Below, one piece after another: positions 46,119 to 55,646 of a stretch of 64,000 bases of DNA. This DNA comes from Chloroflexota bacterium (GTDB taxonomy: Bacteria; Chloroflexota; UBA11872; VXOZ01). The notes under the pieces were generated by a model. That model ran no database searches. It saw nothing but the letters and a program-made list of their open reading frames with translations, and was not told the origin of the DNA. A program made the position numbers and the translations under genes. Location: assembly GCA_963663275.1 (NCBI GenBank), contig OY760183.1, positions 1,760,001 through 1,824,000 of the forward strand, given 5' to 3'. How positions within the stretch are numbered: position 1 is the first letter of the stretch; each line of letters begins with the position of its first letter.

Positions 46119-46955
46119 TTACTCCCCAACCGCCATTTCCACCACCGGCCGGCCGTCTTCTTCCACCCACACGCCGCAGGGGCCGCCGCGCTCGCTGTTG
46201 CCGAGGGCTACCACGCTGCCGTCCATGCGCAGCACCGGATGGTAGTACTTCGAGACTTTCTCCGCGCTGCCCATGATGTAGTGGCCGATGAGCGAGCGGC
46301 GGAAGCGGTCGCTGGTCCGGTTGGGAAAGCTGCCGTGAATCAGTTGGCCGTTGAAGAAGAGCACGTCGCCGGCGTCCATGAGCACCGGCACGGTCCGCAT
46401 CTGCTCCGGCAGCGGCACCGTAACGTCCGTGAAACTCTGGGAGGTGTCGGCCTCTTCGATGCAGAGTTCCGGCAATATGTGGCTGCCGGGCACCACCTGC
46501 AAACAGCCGTTCGCCTCATCGCAGCGGTCAAGGGCCAGCCAGGCCGCCATGCACGTGCCGGGCTGCACCTGCAAGTAGAACTGGTCCTGGTGCAGGGCTT
46601 GACCGCGCGCGCCGGGCGGCTTGAAGTAGATCATGGACTGCACCGCAAACGGGTCTCCGCCCAGGAGCGCCGCCAGCCCCTCCCGAAAGCGGTGATCCAG
46701 CATCCATCGCAGGCTCAGGTCGTCCCAGCGGTGCATGTGGATCATGCGGGGAAACTGCTTCAGTGGGTCCGCCGCCGGATCGCCGTTTGGCGCTTCCACA
46801 CCGGCGGAATCGCCTTTGTACGTGCCCGACGTCCGCAGGTGCATGTAGTGCGCGGTGAGCGCCGCCACCTCGTCCGGCGGAAACAAGCCGCGCGCTACCG
46901 TATAGCCGTCTTGCTCGAAGGAATCCCTGAACGCTTGATCGAACATTGGCATCAT
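46119..46955 (-). CDS. Phytanoyl-CoA dioxygenase (PhyH) family Fe(II)/2OG dioxygenase
   Basis: HQD...H facial triad, NGCLQVVPGSH, HGS.PN.S..FRR. Confidence 0.9.
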   Translation of the reverse strand: MMPMFDQAFRDSFEQDGYTVARGLFPPDEVAALTAHYMHLRTSGTYKGDSAGVEAPNGDPAADPLKQFPRMIHMHRWDDLSLRWMLDHRFREGLAALLGGDPFAVQSMIYFKPPGARGQALHQDQFYLQVQPGTCMAAWLALDRCDEANGCLQVVPGSHILPELCIEEADTSQSFTDVTVPLPEQMRTVPVLMDAGDVLFFNGQLIHGSFPNRTSDRFRRSLIGHYIMGSAEKVSKYYHPVLRMDGSVVALGNSERGGPCGVWVEEDGRPVVEMAVGE

Positions 46956-47142
46956 CCTTACGTTCCCAATTTACGCGCCGTCAGCGCCGCTGTGTTCAGT
47001 CCATAGTGTACTCCAGCGAGGTCGATAAGACTATGCCCGCGCGCCGGCTGATCGGAAAGCTAACCCATCACTGCACGTGAGCAAGAGAAGACGTACAATA
47101 GTGCGTGTACAGACTTGGAGCAGCGGGGGAGTGATCGTCTTG

Positions 47143-48342
47143 ATGGTAAAGCAGCCGGAAAACTACCGCCTGGTCTGGGGCGACCTGCACATTCATTCGT
47201 ACTTTTCGTCGTGCTACTGGGGCGAAGACACGCTGCCGGACGGGTTCGACGGCTCGCCCGCCGACTGCTACCGCTACGCCCGGGACGTGGCGGACATGGA
47301 CTTTGGCGCGGTGACCGATCATACCTGGTCGGGCAACGGCCGGATGCTGGTGGAGGACGAGTGGGCGGAGATTCTCGACGCCAACCGCCAGTACCACGAG
47401 CCGGGCCGCTTTGTGTCCATTCCCGCCTACGAGTGGAACGCGCCCAAAGACAGGCAGTGGGGGCACCGCAACACCATCTTCAACCACGACGAACCGCCAA
47501 TTCTAACCAGCGGCGCGGCGGTTACGGACTTGGCGCAACTCTGGCGGCAGCTAGACGACTTGCCGTACGATTCTCTGAGCATCCCGCACCACCTGGCCCG
47601 CGACGCCACGCCCTACGACTGGTCGCAGCATCACGCCCATTGGGAGCCGGTGGTGGAAATCACGTCGCTCTGGGGCAATTACGAGTACCAGGGCAACCCG
47701 CACGAGTGCGATCCGAATTGGTCGCCCAGCGCCACAGGCAGTTTTCTGCAAGACGGCTTGGCGGGGGCGCGGCGCGTGGGCGTGATCGGCGGCGGCGACA
47801 ACCACACCGGCCACGCCGGCGGACACTACTACAACTCCCAGCAGCCGAACGCGGCAAAGTCCAAACGCCTGGGGCGGCTGAGCCAACTGCGCATGAACGC
47901 CCTGGGCACGGGCCTGGGCGGCCTCTATGTGACGGAGTTCACGCGGGACGGCATCTTCGAGGCGCTGCGCGCCCGGCGCTGCATCGCGGCGTCGGGACGC
48001 AAGATCGGCCTCTGGACGGAGACGAACGGCCTGCCCATGGGCGCGGAAGGCCCCGCGCTGGACGATAACCCGCGCACGATTGCTTTCACCGTATCCGGCA
48101 ATGAGCGCATCCAGAGTGTCACGCTGGTGCGCAACGGCGTGGACGTTAAGCGCTTCTACGCCGACGACTACTACCACGAGGGCGCGTTCGAGGACGCCGC
48201 CCCGCTGGAAGACCTGCTGAAGATTTCGCCGAGCGCCGGCGACGGCAACGGCGCGGAGTGGGTCTACTACTACGTGCGCGCGGTGCAGGAGGACAGTCGC
48301 ACCGCCTGGTCGAGCCCGGTCTGGTTTCCGCTCGGCGGCTGA
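47143..48342 (+). CDS. PHP-like metallohydrolase (DUF3604 / CehA-McbA-like)
   Basis: WGDLHIHS, AVTDH, GHRN, IPHH, GGGDNH, and C-terminal YYYVRAVQED..AWSSP. Confidence 0.75.
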   Translation: MVKQPENYRLVWGDLHIHSYFSSCYWGEDTLPDGFDGSPADCYRYARDVADMDFGAVTDHTWSGNGRMLVEDEWAEILDANRQYHEPGRFVSIPAYEWNAPKDRQWGHRNTIFNHDEPPILTSGAAVTDLAQLWRQLDDLPYDSLSIPHHLARDATPYDWSQHHAHWEPVVEITSLWGNYEYQGNPHECDPNWSPSATGSFLQDGLAGARRVGVIGGGDNHTGHAGGHYYNSQQPNAAKSKRLGRLSQLRMNALGTGLGGLYVTEFTRDGIFEALRARRCIAASGRKIGLWTETNGLPMGAEGPALDDNPRTIAFTVSGNERIQSVTLVRNGVDVKRFYADDYYHEGAFEDAAPLEDLLKISPSAGDGNGAEWVYYYVRAVQEDSRTAWSSPVWFPLGG

Positions 48343-48393
48343 AAGGTCGGCCTCTTCCTGGTCGGCAATGCTCTCCAGCGTTATCGCATTAAC

Positions 48394-48553
48394 GTAGCGC
48401 GGGGGCTTGTCCCCCGCCGGTGTAGCCGGAACCGCGTCCAGTCAGCAGGACGCAGGTTACGCGCACATCCCGTGCGAACCTACGCTACCGGAGTCCAAGT
48501 TTCGGCGGATGCGGGTTACGCGCACATCCCGCACGAACCTGCGCTACCGGAGT
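48394..48553. repeat. Cluster of GTAG-type REP-like elements
   Basis: GTAGCGCGGGGGCTTGTCCCCCG (also at 49938 and 51199) plus two copies of gc(a/g)ggttacgcgcacatccc..gaacct.cgctaccggagt. Confidence 0.8.
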
Positions 48554-48636
48554 GGCGGGACAGTGTGCTCACCGTGCCCCATGCCACGAAGGCTGATGCT
48601 GCATCATTGACGATGCTCACTCTCCCAGGGGAGAGT

Positions 48637-48796
48637 CTGACAGGGGTAGACACTCTACATCCGACATTTCGTGTCATTCCGAGCGGAGCGCAGCGCAGAG
48701 TCGCTAAGAGCGCGGAATCTAAGGCATAGCCTCGCAAATTCAGCACTCTCTAGATTCCTCGCTCCGCTCGGAATGACACTTGCCTATCCCTGTCAG
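48637..48796. mobile_element. MITE family 2 copy inserted in a family A REP
   Basis: Ends ctgacaggggtag / ctatccctgtcag; encloses family B doublet 48671-48779; flanks resemble the two halves of a family A palindrome. Confidence 0.6.
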
Positions 48797-48980
48797 CCGG
48801 AGAGAGGGCCGCGGTGAGGGGGAAAACAGGCCCCGAACGCCGCCCTGCCGACCCGAGCACACGGGTAACACCTCCAAGTCAGCTTGTTGAGGCGATTCGC
48901 GCAGCGTAGAATGGACGTAGCCCCTGCGGAGCGCGGATTGATGCGCCGAGCGGCGCGCCAACTGAGCGGAGAAACGCTTC

Positions 48981-49715
48981 ATGGTCGAAACAACGGCGGA
49001 CGAATCCCAGGCCGGAGTCGAATCCGTCTTCTCGCCGGTGCGCAACCTGGTCATGCCCGCGCTGGAGATTCCCGATCACTTCGCGTTCAACTCGCGGTTG
49101 AAGCTGGATGGACTGGAGTTCCTCGCGCTCTTGCCCGAGGACAAGATTCCGGTAGCGTTCCTGGACCCGCAGTACCGCGGCCTGCTGGACAAGATGTCCT
49201 ACGGCAACGAGGGCCGCACCAGAAACCGGGGCCGCTCGGCGCTCTTGCAGATGGACGAGGAGAAGATCGCCGCCTTCGTTCGCGGCATCGACCGCGCCCT
49301 GATGCCCAGCGGACACCTGTTCCTCTGGATGGACAAGTTCCACCTCTGCACGGGTTTCTCCCATTGGCTTGCGGAGACGAAACTCGCGGTGGTGGATCTC
49401 GTAACGTGGGACAAGGGCCGCATCGGCATGGGCTACCGCACCCGGCGCAAGAGCGAACATCTGGTCGTCCTGCAAAAGACGCCTCGCCGGGCCAAGGGCG
49501 TGTGGAAGATACACAACATCCCGGACGTGTGGGAAGAGACGGTGCCGCGGGACGCGGTGACCCACCGCAAGCCGGTGGAACTGCAAGGGGCGCTGCTGTC
49601 GGCGGTGACTAATCCGGGAGACGTGGTGATCGACCCGGCGGCGGGCAGTTTCTCCGTGCTGGAAGCCTGCCGCCAGCGCAACCGCGTCTTCCTGGGCTGC
49701 GACGTGGAAGGCTAG
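48981..49715 (+). CDS. Orphan DNA methyltransferase, N6/N4 beta class, DPQY variant
   Basis: FLDPQY motif IV, HRKPVEL, VVIDPAAGS motif I. Confidence 0.85.
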   Translation: MVETTADESQAGVESVFSPVRNLVMPALEIPDHFAFNSRLKLDGLEFLALLPEDKIPVAFLDPQYRGLLDKMSYGNEGRTRNRGRSALLQMDEEKIAAFVRGIDRALMPSGHLFLWMDKFHLCTGFSHWLAETKLAVVDLVTWDKGRIGMGYRTRRKSEHLVVLQKTPRRAKGVWKIHNIPDVWEETVPRDAVTHRKPVELQGALLSAVTNPGDVVIDPAAGSFSVLEACRQRNRVFLGCDVEG

Positions 49716-49768
49716 CGTCCCAACGCTTCGACGCGCGGGCGCCCCCTCACCCTAACCCTCTCCCCCAG

Positions 49769-49908
49769 GAGACCTTTGCATAACCCCTTCCCCATTGAGG
49801 GGGAAGGTTGGGATGGGGGTGTAAAGGATTGAAAACAGGCTATTTTTAGTTGTAAATGCGGTCTGGATTCCGGCTTTCGCCGGAATGACAGAGTTATGCA
49901 AAGGTCTC
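49769..49908 (+). mobile_element. MITE family 1: 140 bp, perfect 16-bp TIRs, 5-bp target duplication
   Basis: CCCAG-[GAGACCTTTGCATAAC...GTTATGCAAAGGTCTC]-CCCAG, splitting a family A REP (49742-49921). Confidence 0.88.
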
Positions 49909-50077
49909 CCCAGGGAGAGGGAACCGGAGAGGGATACGTAGCGCGGGGGCTTGTCCCCCGTCGGGGCAACTGTAGACGAGTTGCCAGGCCCATCACCTCT
50001 CCCCAGGCAGAATGGATTTGGGGTGGGAAGGCCTTACGCGCGTAATCTATCGAAATAACACGTAGAGGCAAGAAACA

Positions 50078-51109
50078 ATGAACACAGAACCAATCCGCGT
50101 TGGCATCATCGGCGCGGGGGCGAATACGCGCGGCAAGCACATTCCCGGCTTGCAGGCGATCGAGGGCGTGGAAGTCGTCAGCGTTTGCAACCGCAGCGCC
50201 GAGTCCAGCGAGCGCGTGGCGCGGGAGTTCGGCATTCCGCAGACGTATGACAACTGGGACGAACTGGTGAGCGCGCCGGACACGAATGCCATCGTCATCG
50301 GCACGTGGCCGTATCTCCACTGCCAAGCCACGCTGGCGGCCGTGGCGGCCGGCAAGCACGTGCTCTGCGAGGCGCGTATGGCGATGAACGCCGCCGAGGC
50401 GTGGGAGATGCACGCCGCGGCGCAGGCGAACCCGCAGTTGGTAGTGCAGATCGTGCCGTCGCCTATGACGCTGCGGGTGGACACGACGCTGAAACGCCTG
50501 CTGGCGGAGGGCTACCTGGGCGAGTTGCTTGCCATCGAGGTGCGCGTGGGCGGCGAATTCCTGGGCGCAGCCGCGCCGCTGCACTGGCGGCAGGACTTCG
50601 ACCTGAGCGGCTTCAACATCATGAGCATGGGCATCTGGTACGAGGCAGTCTTGCGCTGGGTGGGCGAGGCTACCCGCGTGCAGGCCATGGGGAAAATCTT
50701 CACGAAGATGCGCCCGGACGAGAACGGCGCGCTGCGGACGGTGCGCGTGCCGGAGCACGTGGACGTGACGGCCGACATGGCCTGCGGCGCGCAACTGCAC
50801 ATGCAGGTCTCCGGCGTTACCGGCCTGGCCGGCGCGCCGGAAGCGTTGCTCTTCGGCAGCGCGGGCACGCTGCGCTTCTGCGACAACCGGCTCTACGGCG
50901 GCCGGCGCGGGGATTCCGCCCTGCAGGAGATTGCCATACCGGATGAGGAAGCCGGCGGCTGGCGGGTTGAGGAAGAGTTCGTGAATGCCATTCGCGGCCA
51001 AGAGCCGGTTACGCACACCACGCCCGAAACCGGCGTGAAGTACATGGAGTTCACCGAGGCGGTCACGCGCAGTATGCAGACCGGCCAGGCGATTGCCCTG
51101 CCGTTGTAA
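50078..51109 (+). CDS. Gfo/Idh/MocA family oxidoreductase
   Basis: VGIIGAG Rossmann motif; AGKHVLCEARMA (variant of EKP). Confidence 0.9.
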   Translation: MNTEPIRVGIIGAGANTRGKHIPGLQAIEGVEVVSVCNRSAESSERVAREFGIPQTYDNWDELVSAPDTNAIVIGTWPYLHCQATLAAVAAGKHVLCEARMAMNAAEAWEMHAAAQANPQLVVQIVPSPMTLRVDTTLKRLLAEGYLGELLAIEVRVGGEFLGAAAPLHWRQDFDLSGFNIMSMGIWYEAVLRWVGEATRVQAMGKIFTKMRPDENGALRTVRVPEHVDVTADMACGAQLHMQVSGVTGLAGAPEALLFGSAGTLRFCDNRLYGGRRGDSALQEIAIPDEEAGGWRVEEEFVNAIRGQEPVTHTTPETGVKYMEFTEAVTRSMQTGQAIALPL

Positions 51110-51198
51110 GGCCTAATGAATATCCCGGCGTGTCGGTTGGGTGGTTGCGGGACTCTGTCCGTATCGGCGCGCGCTCTTTCCGCTTTTGCTGAATAGCC

Positions 51199-51296
51199 GT
51201 AGCGCGGGGGCTTGTCCCCCCGCCTCTTGGCGCAGAGAAGGGAAGAGCTAGTCACACGCTACCGGGAAAGCAGGTTGCAAACCTGCGCTACCGGAG
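51199..51296. repeat. GTAG-type REP-like elements between convergent genes
   Basis: 51199-51222 GTAGCGCGGGGGCTTGTCCCCCCG; 51270-51296 GCAGGTTGCAAACCTGCGCTACCGGAG. Confidence 0.8.
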
Positions 51297-51353
51297 AGGA
51301 AGCCATCCAGCGGACGAGCGCAAAGTCTTACCGCTTTCGCGAAGATAGATAGC

Positions 51354-52025
51354 CTATAAGATGCCGTGCCGCTCGAACACCGTCCTCATGCGTTCACCGG
51401 CGGCAAGTTCGGCGCGCACGGTGTTTTCGCCTTGCACCTTCTCCTCGGCGGGCCGCAGAACGTCCTCGATATGTTGGTGGGGGACGACCACCACGCCGTC
51501 GTAATCGGCCAGGATGTAGTCGCCGGGCTGCACCAGCACGCCGCCGCACGTAATCGGCACGTTGTGGGCAATCCCCTCGGCGCGGCCGGCGGCGTCGGCG
51601 GCGCAGAAGGCCGCCGCAAAGACGGGATAGGGCATACCGATGATCTTGTCCGTATCCCGCACCGGGCCGTCGATCACCGCCCCGGCGGCGCCCCGGGCCT
51701 GGGCGCACGTGGAAAAGAGTTCGCCCCACAGCGCGCACGGCGGCGCGTCGCCCAGAGCGGCGACGTAGACCTCCCCCGGCAGCAGGCTGTCCATCGCCTC
51801 GATCTCCATGTAGTGGTACTCCTCCTGGGAGGGAACGCGCTCCGCCGGACGGAAGTGGATGGGATGAGCGCGGCCCACGATGCGCGCCTGGGCATAGAGC
51901 GGCCGCACGCGGGGGGCCATCACCTGGTGCCGCAAGTCCAGGGCGTCAAGCGCGTCTGAGACCACGGCCACGTAGACGCGCCGCAGGCGTTCCAGATACG
52001 GGTCTTGGGGAGAAGCAGGGGGCAT
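51354..52025 (-). CDS. RraA-family / HMG-CHA aldolase-like protein
   Basis: ATG after AAGGAG; VSDALD, ALWGEL, GAVIDGPVRD, PGDYILADYDGVVVVP. Confidence 0.88.
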   Translation of the reverse strand: MPPASPQDPYLERLRRVYVAVVSDALDALDLRHQVMAPRVRPLYAQARIVGRAHPIHFRPAERVPSQEEYHYMEIEAMDSLLPGEVYVAALGDAPPCALWGELFSTCAQARGAAGAVIDGPVRDTDKIIGMPYPVFAAAFCAADAAGRAEGIAHNVPITCGGVLVQPGDYILADYDGVVVVPHQHIEDVLRPAEEKVQGENTVRAELAAGERMRTVFERHGIL

Positions 52026-52071
52026 GGCGCGGCGCTCCTTTCGCTGTGGGGCAGGTATCGGGTCTGGCGTA

Positions 52072-53241
52072 CTATTCGCGCCGGTCTTCCCAGGCGTGCC
52101 AGTAGAGCGTCTCGATCTCCGCCGGCGTCGGTTGGCGGGGATTGGTGGCGGCGTTGGGGTCACGAGCGCCGTTGGCAACCATTTGGGGGAGCGCGTCGGA
52201 CAACTGCTCTTTGGTGACGCCGGCATCCTGCAAGGAGGCCGGAATACCGGCTTGGGCGCGCAGCTTTGCCAAGGCGTCGACCAGGGAGGCAACCGGTTGG
52301 CCGCCGTTCAGGCCGAGGCGCGCCGCAAGGTCGGCGTACCGCGCCGCGGCCGCCGGCCCGTTGAAGGCCACAACATAGGGCAGAAGCAGCGCGTTCGCCC
52401 GTCCGTGGGGGATGCCGAAGGCCGGAGTGAGTTGGTGGGAGAGCGCGTGGCACAGGCCCAGCCCCGCGCGCATGGTGGCGCCGGCAATGGCCGCGGCTAC
52501 GTGCATCTCGGCGCGGGCCGCCGTCTTGCCGGACTCCTGCACGGAGGCCGGCAGGTGCGCGAAGATTGCGGCGACGGCCCCGGCCGCCAGCGCCTGGGTG
52601 ACCTGATGGGATTCTACGGAGGCGATCGACTCTACCGCGTGCGCCAGCGCGTCGTAGCCGGTATCCGCCGCCACGTGGGGCGGCATGGTGGCCGGCAGCG
52701 CCGCATCGAGAATGGCGGCGTCGGGCGCGCCGGTAAAGAGGATGCGCTTGACCGGCGGCTGGGCCGTGGTCTCGGTAATCACCGCCCCCCGGCTGACTTC
52801 CGAGCCGGTGCCGCTGGTGGAGGGAATGGCGATGCAGGCAATCTGCCCGGTCTCGCGCGGCGGCGGACTATAGCCCGCGGCAACCTGGTCCGCCACCGTG
52901 ACGCCGGGCGTCTCGCACGCGGCGCGAATGGTCTTGGTGACGTCCAGCGTGGAGCCTCCCCCCAGGCCGATAATGGTGTCCGGCGCAAACTCCTCGGCCA
53001 GTTCTACGCCCGCGGCGCAGGTTTCCTGGGATGGGTCCGGTTCGACCTTATCGAATACGGTCGTGGCTGCCCCCGCTTGCTGCGCCAATCCGCACACCCG
53101 CTCGGTGAAGCCCAGCCGCGTCATCGCCGGGTCCGCCACCACCAGCACTCGCTCGCCGCACAGCGTGGGCAAGACCGCGAGCGCGCCGTCGCCAAGGTGT
53201 ATTTCGGTGGGCATTGAAAACGACCGGATTTCCACGAGCAA
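52072..53241 (-). CDS. Iron-containing alcohol dehydrogenase family protein
   Basis: GLGGGSTLD, PSTSGTGSEV, DALAHAVE, GLCHALSH, IPHG. Start uncertain (53241, 53235 or 53214). Confidence 0.92.
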   Translation of the reverse strand: MLVEIRSFSMPTEIHLGDGALAVLPTLCGERVLVVADPAMTRLGFTERVCGLAQQAGAATTVFDKVEPDPSQETCAAGVELAEEFAPDTIIGLGGGSTLDVTKTIRAACETPGVTVADQVAAGYSPPPRETGQIACIAIPSTSGTGSEVSRGAVITETTAQPPVKRILFTGAPDAAILDAALPATMPPHVAADTGYDALAHAVESIASVESHQVTQALAAGAVAAIFAHLPASVQESGKTAARAEMHVAAAIAGATMRAGLGLCHALSHQLTPAFGIPHGRANALLLPYVVAFNGPAAAARYADLAARLGLNGGQPVASLVDALAKLRAQAGIPASLQDAGVTKEQLSDALPQMVANGARDPNAATNPRQPTPAEIETLYWHAWEDRRE

Positions 53242-53640
53242 TGGCTCCTCATTTCAGGAAGTGTCTTTGCGGGGCTGTGAAGACGTCTGCGCGCGTTGGG
53301 AATGCCTGCGCATCCGGTCGCGCTGCGCGGAACAGGGTGCGACGAGGCTGTTCGCTCTCCGTAGTATACGGCATTTCTTGGTGGCAAGGAGAACAGGTCA
53401 CACACGGCGGGACTTCTGGCAGGTCTAGCACAGCGGGACTAACGGGTACGGAGAGAAAGGCTGCGCTCCGTTTGCCTGCTCTGTTACGATAGAATTAGCA
53501 GAACACAGCGGCGTTTGCGCGCTATGCGCTTCCAGGCCGGACGAACGAAAACAGGCCGTGGCGCGCATAGGAAGCCAGCGCATGGGCTATGACTCTGCCT
53601 ATACTGACGGGAAGCATGTTCCCAACAACAGAGAACCTTC

Positions 53641-55008
53641 ATGATTAAGTCGCTTCGCCTCGAGAACTTCAAGAACTTCGCCGACGAGACCCTCCACCTC
53701 GGCCCGTTCACCCTCATCGCCGGCGCCAACGCCAGCGGAAAGAGCAACATCAGGGATGCTTTTCGGTTCTTGAACGGCGTCGGCCGCGGCTACACCCTGG
53801 CGGAAATCTTCGGCGGCAAGTACGGCGCGGATTGGCAGCCTATCCGCGGTGCGCCCGGTGAGATTGTCCGCCATAAACAACGAGCGTTTTCGCTCGAAGT
53901 TGAAATGCAGATTAGCAGGCCTGAAGGGCCTGACTTGGATAGCTTTAGCTACTCAATTCAATTGGACCGCGGCGATGAAGGCGGCGACGGATTTCGCGTC
54001 GTGGCGGAGTCACTAACCAGAATCCCGGAGCCTTTGGGTTCATCAGACTCGAGGGTATTGTTTTCAAGTGAGTCACTCCCGGGTTCTGAAACTGGCACGC
54101 AAGCAGGGGACTCTAAGTTGCGTCTTCGAGTGCCCTTAATTGATGAACTACCCCAAATTGATGAACTAGTGAAGGTAACAGCCGACAAGCCTGGCCTCAG
54201 CCAAGGCCTTACAACTCTTGATGAACACTCATTAGAGGAAGTACTTAAGACCGCAAGCAGGGAGTGGCTAACTGAAGAGATCTACAGGTTTGTCATCAAC
54301 ACTGAGATGCTGCGGGTAGAGGTAAAGCTTGGATTGATGCGCTTCCTAGAGTTCTCGCCGGAGCGATTGCGCGCGCCCTCCACGCCAGACGAGAGCGCAT
54401 TGGGAGACACGGGCGATCACCTGCCTGCAGTATTGAAAGCAATCTGTGCCAGTCCTCAGCGCAAGGCAGTGCTCCTGTCGTGGTTGCATGAACTTACCCC
54501 AATGGACGTTAGCGACTTGGAGTTTCCAGTCGATCTCAACGGAAGGGTAAACCTTAGAATTGTTGAGGCAAGCGGGCAACAGATTTCGGCTTACAGTGCG
54601 TCTGACGGCACGCTGCGCTTTCTTGGCATGTTAGCCGCGCTGCTGAATGAGGACTTCGAGGGGATCTACTTCATCGAGGAGATTGACAACGGTATTCATC
54701 CGTCACGGCTGCATCTCTTGCTCGAACTCATCGAGCGGCAAACGGCGAAAGGGAAGATTCAGGTTGTCGCTACTACGCATTCGCCGGACGTGTTGAATCT
54801 CATCAATGACACAACGTTCGAGAATGCCGTAGTGGTGTACCGCGACGAAGATGCGGCGGACGCCGTTATTCGCCGTGTAGCGGAGTTGCCCAACGCCGGA
54901 GAGTTGCGGCAGTCCCAGGGCTTGGGAAGACTTCACGCGTCCGGATGGATGGAACACATTCTGGCGTTCTCCGAGATAGACGATGAAGATGTGAGAGGCG
55001 GAGAGTGA
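53641..55008 (+). CDS. ABC-type (AAA_21-like) ATPase, putative defence/TA component
   Basis: LENFKNF, Walker A GANASGKS, signature SDGT, Walker B IEEIDNGIHP, H-loop TTHSP; no TM partner. Confidence 0.88.
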   Translation: MIKSLRLENFKNFADETLHLGPFTLIAGANASGKSNIRDAFRFLNGVGRGYTLAEIFGGKYGADWQPIRGAPGEIVRHKQRAFSLEVEMQISRPEGPDLDSFSYSIQLDRGDEGGDGFRVVAESLTRIPEPLGSSDSRVLFSSESLPGSETGTQAGDSKLRLRVPLIDELPQIDELVKVTADKPGLSQGLTTLDEHSLEEVLKTASREWLTEEIYRFVINTEMLRVEVKLGLMRFLEFSPERLRAPSTPDESALGDTGDHLPAVLKAICASPQRKAVLLSWLHELTPMDVSDLEFPVDLNGRVNLRIVEASGQQISAYSASDGTLRFLGMLAALLNEDFEGIYFIEEIDNGIHPSRLHLLLELIERQTAKGKIQVVATTHSPDVLNLINDTTFENAVVVYRDEDAADAVIRRVAELPNAGELRQSQGLGRLHASGWMEHILAFSEIDDEDVRGGE

Positions 55009-55568
55009 ACGTACTAATCATTCCGGAAGACTTCCTCAAAGACCAGTACATACTCAAGCCAATCTTTGAGCGGTTATTTCGCTCATTTGGGAAGAAGAGA
55101 GTAAAGATTCGGGTTTGTCAAAGACCGCGTCTCCGTGGGGTGAGTCAGGCGCTGGATCCAAGCCAAATCACGGCAATCGTAGAGCGGTATAAGAGCAAGA
55201 TGGATGTCTTCATACTCTGTGTGGATCGCGATGGAAATAAGCACAGGCGTCGCAGACTTGATGGTCTGGAGTCGCAGCACGCCGGTCAATGGGTTTTCCT
55301 GGCGGCAAACGCTTGGGAAGAGCTTGAAACGTGGGTGCTGGCGGGCTTGGACTTGCCTGCTGAGTGGAACTGGAGAGACGTGCGGGATGAACTCCATGTC
55401 AAGGAGCAATACTTCGAGCCGCTTGCCGCCGAACGTGGCTTGGCCGATGCCCCCGGCGGCGGGCGAAAAGAGCTAGGCAAAGAAGCTGCGCGCCGGATCG
55501 ACGCGATACGGCAGAAGTGTCCCCAGGATTTCGATACGCTTGCGCGGCGTTTAGAGGCCGTAGTCTGA
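55005..55568 (+). CDS. TOPRIM-like protein (DUF4276/RloB/AriB-like), partner of the ATPase
   Basis: GTGA overlap with the ATPase stop; VLIIPED, ILCVDRD (DxD) and ELETWVLAG motifs. Confidence 0.7.
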   Translation: MNVLIIPEDFLKDQYILKPIFERLFRSFGKKRVKIRVCQRPRLRGVSQALDPSQITAIVERYKSKMDVFILCVDRDGNKHRRRRLDGLESQHAGQWVFLAANAWEELETWVLAGLDLPAEWNWRDVRDELHVKEQYFEPLAAERGLADAPGGGRKELGKEAARRIDAIRQKCPQDFDTLARRLEAVV

Positions 55569-55610
55569 GCGGAAGACATCTCACTATCCGGCTCGACGCG
55601 CTAAGTGGTG

Positions 55611-55634
55611 CTTCGACAGGCTCAGCACGAACGG
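55611..55634 (+). repeat. REP-like element, family C
   Basis: CTTCGACAGGCTCAGCACGAACGG followed by a T-run. Confidence 0.75.
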
Positions 55635-55646
55635 GTTTTTTCGCGA

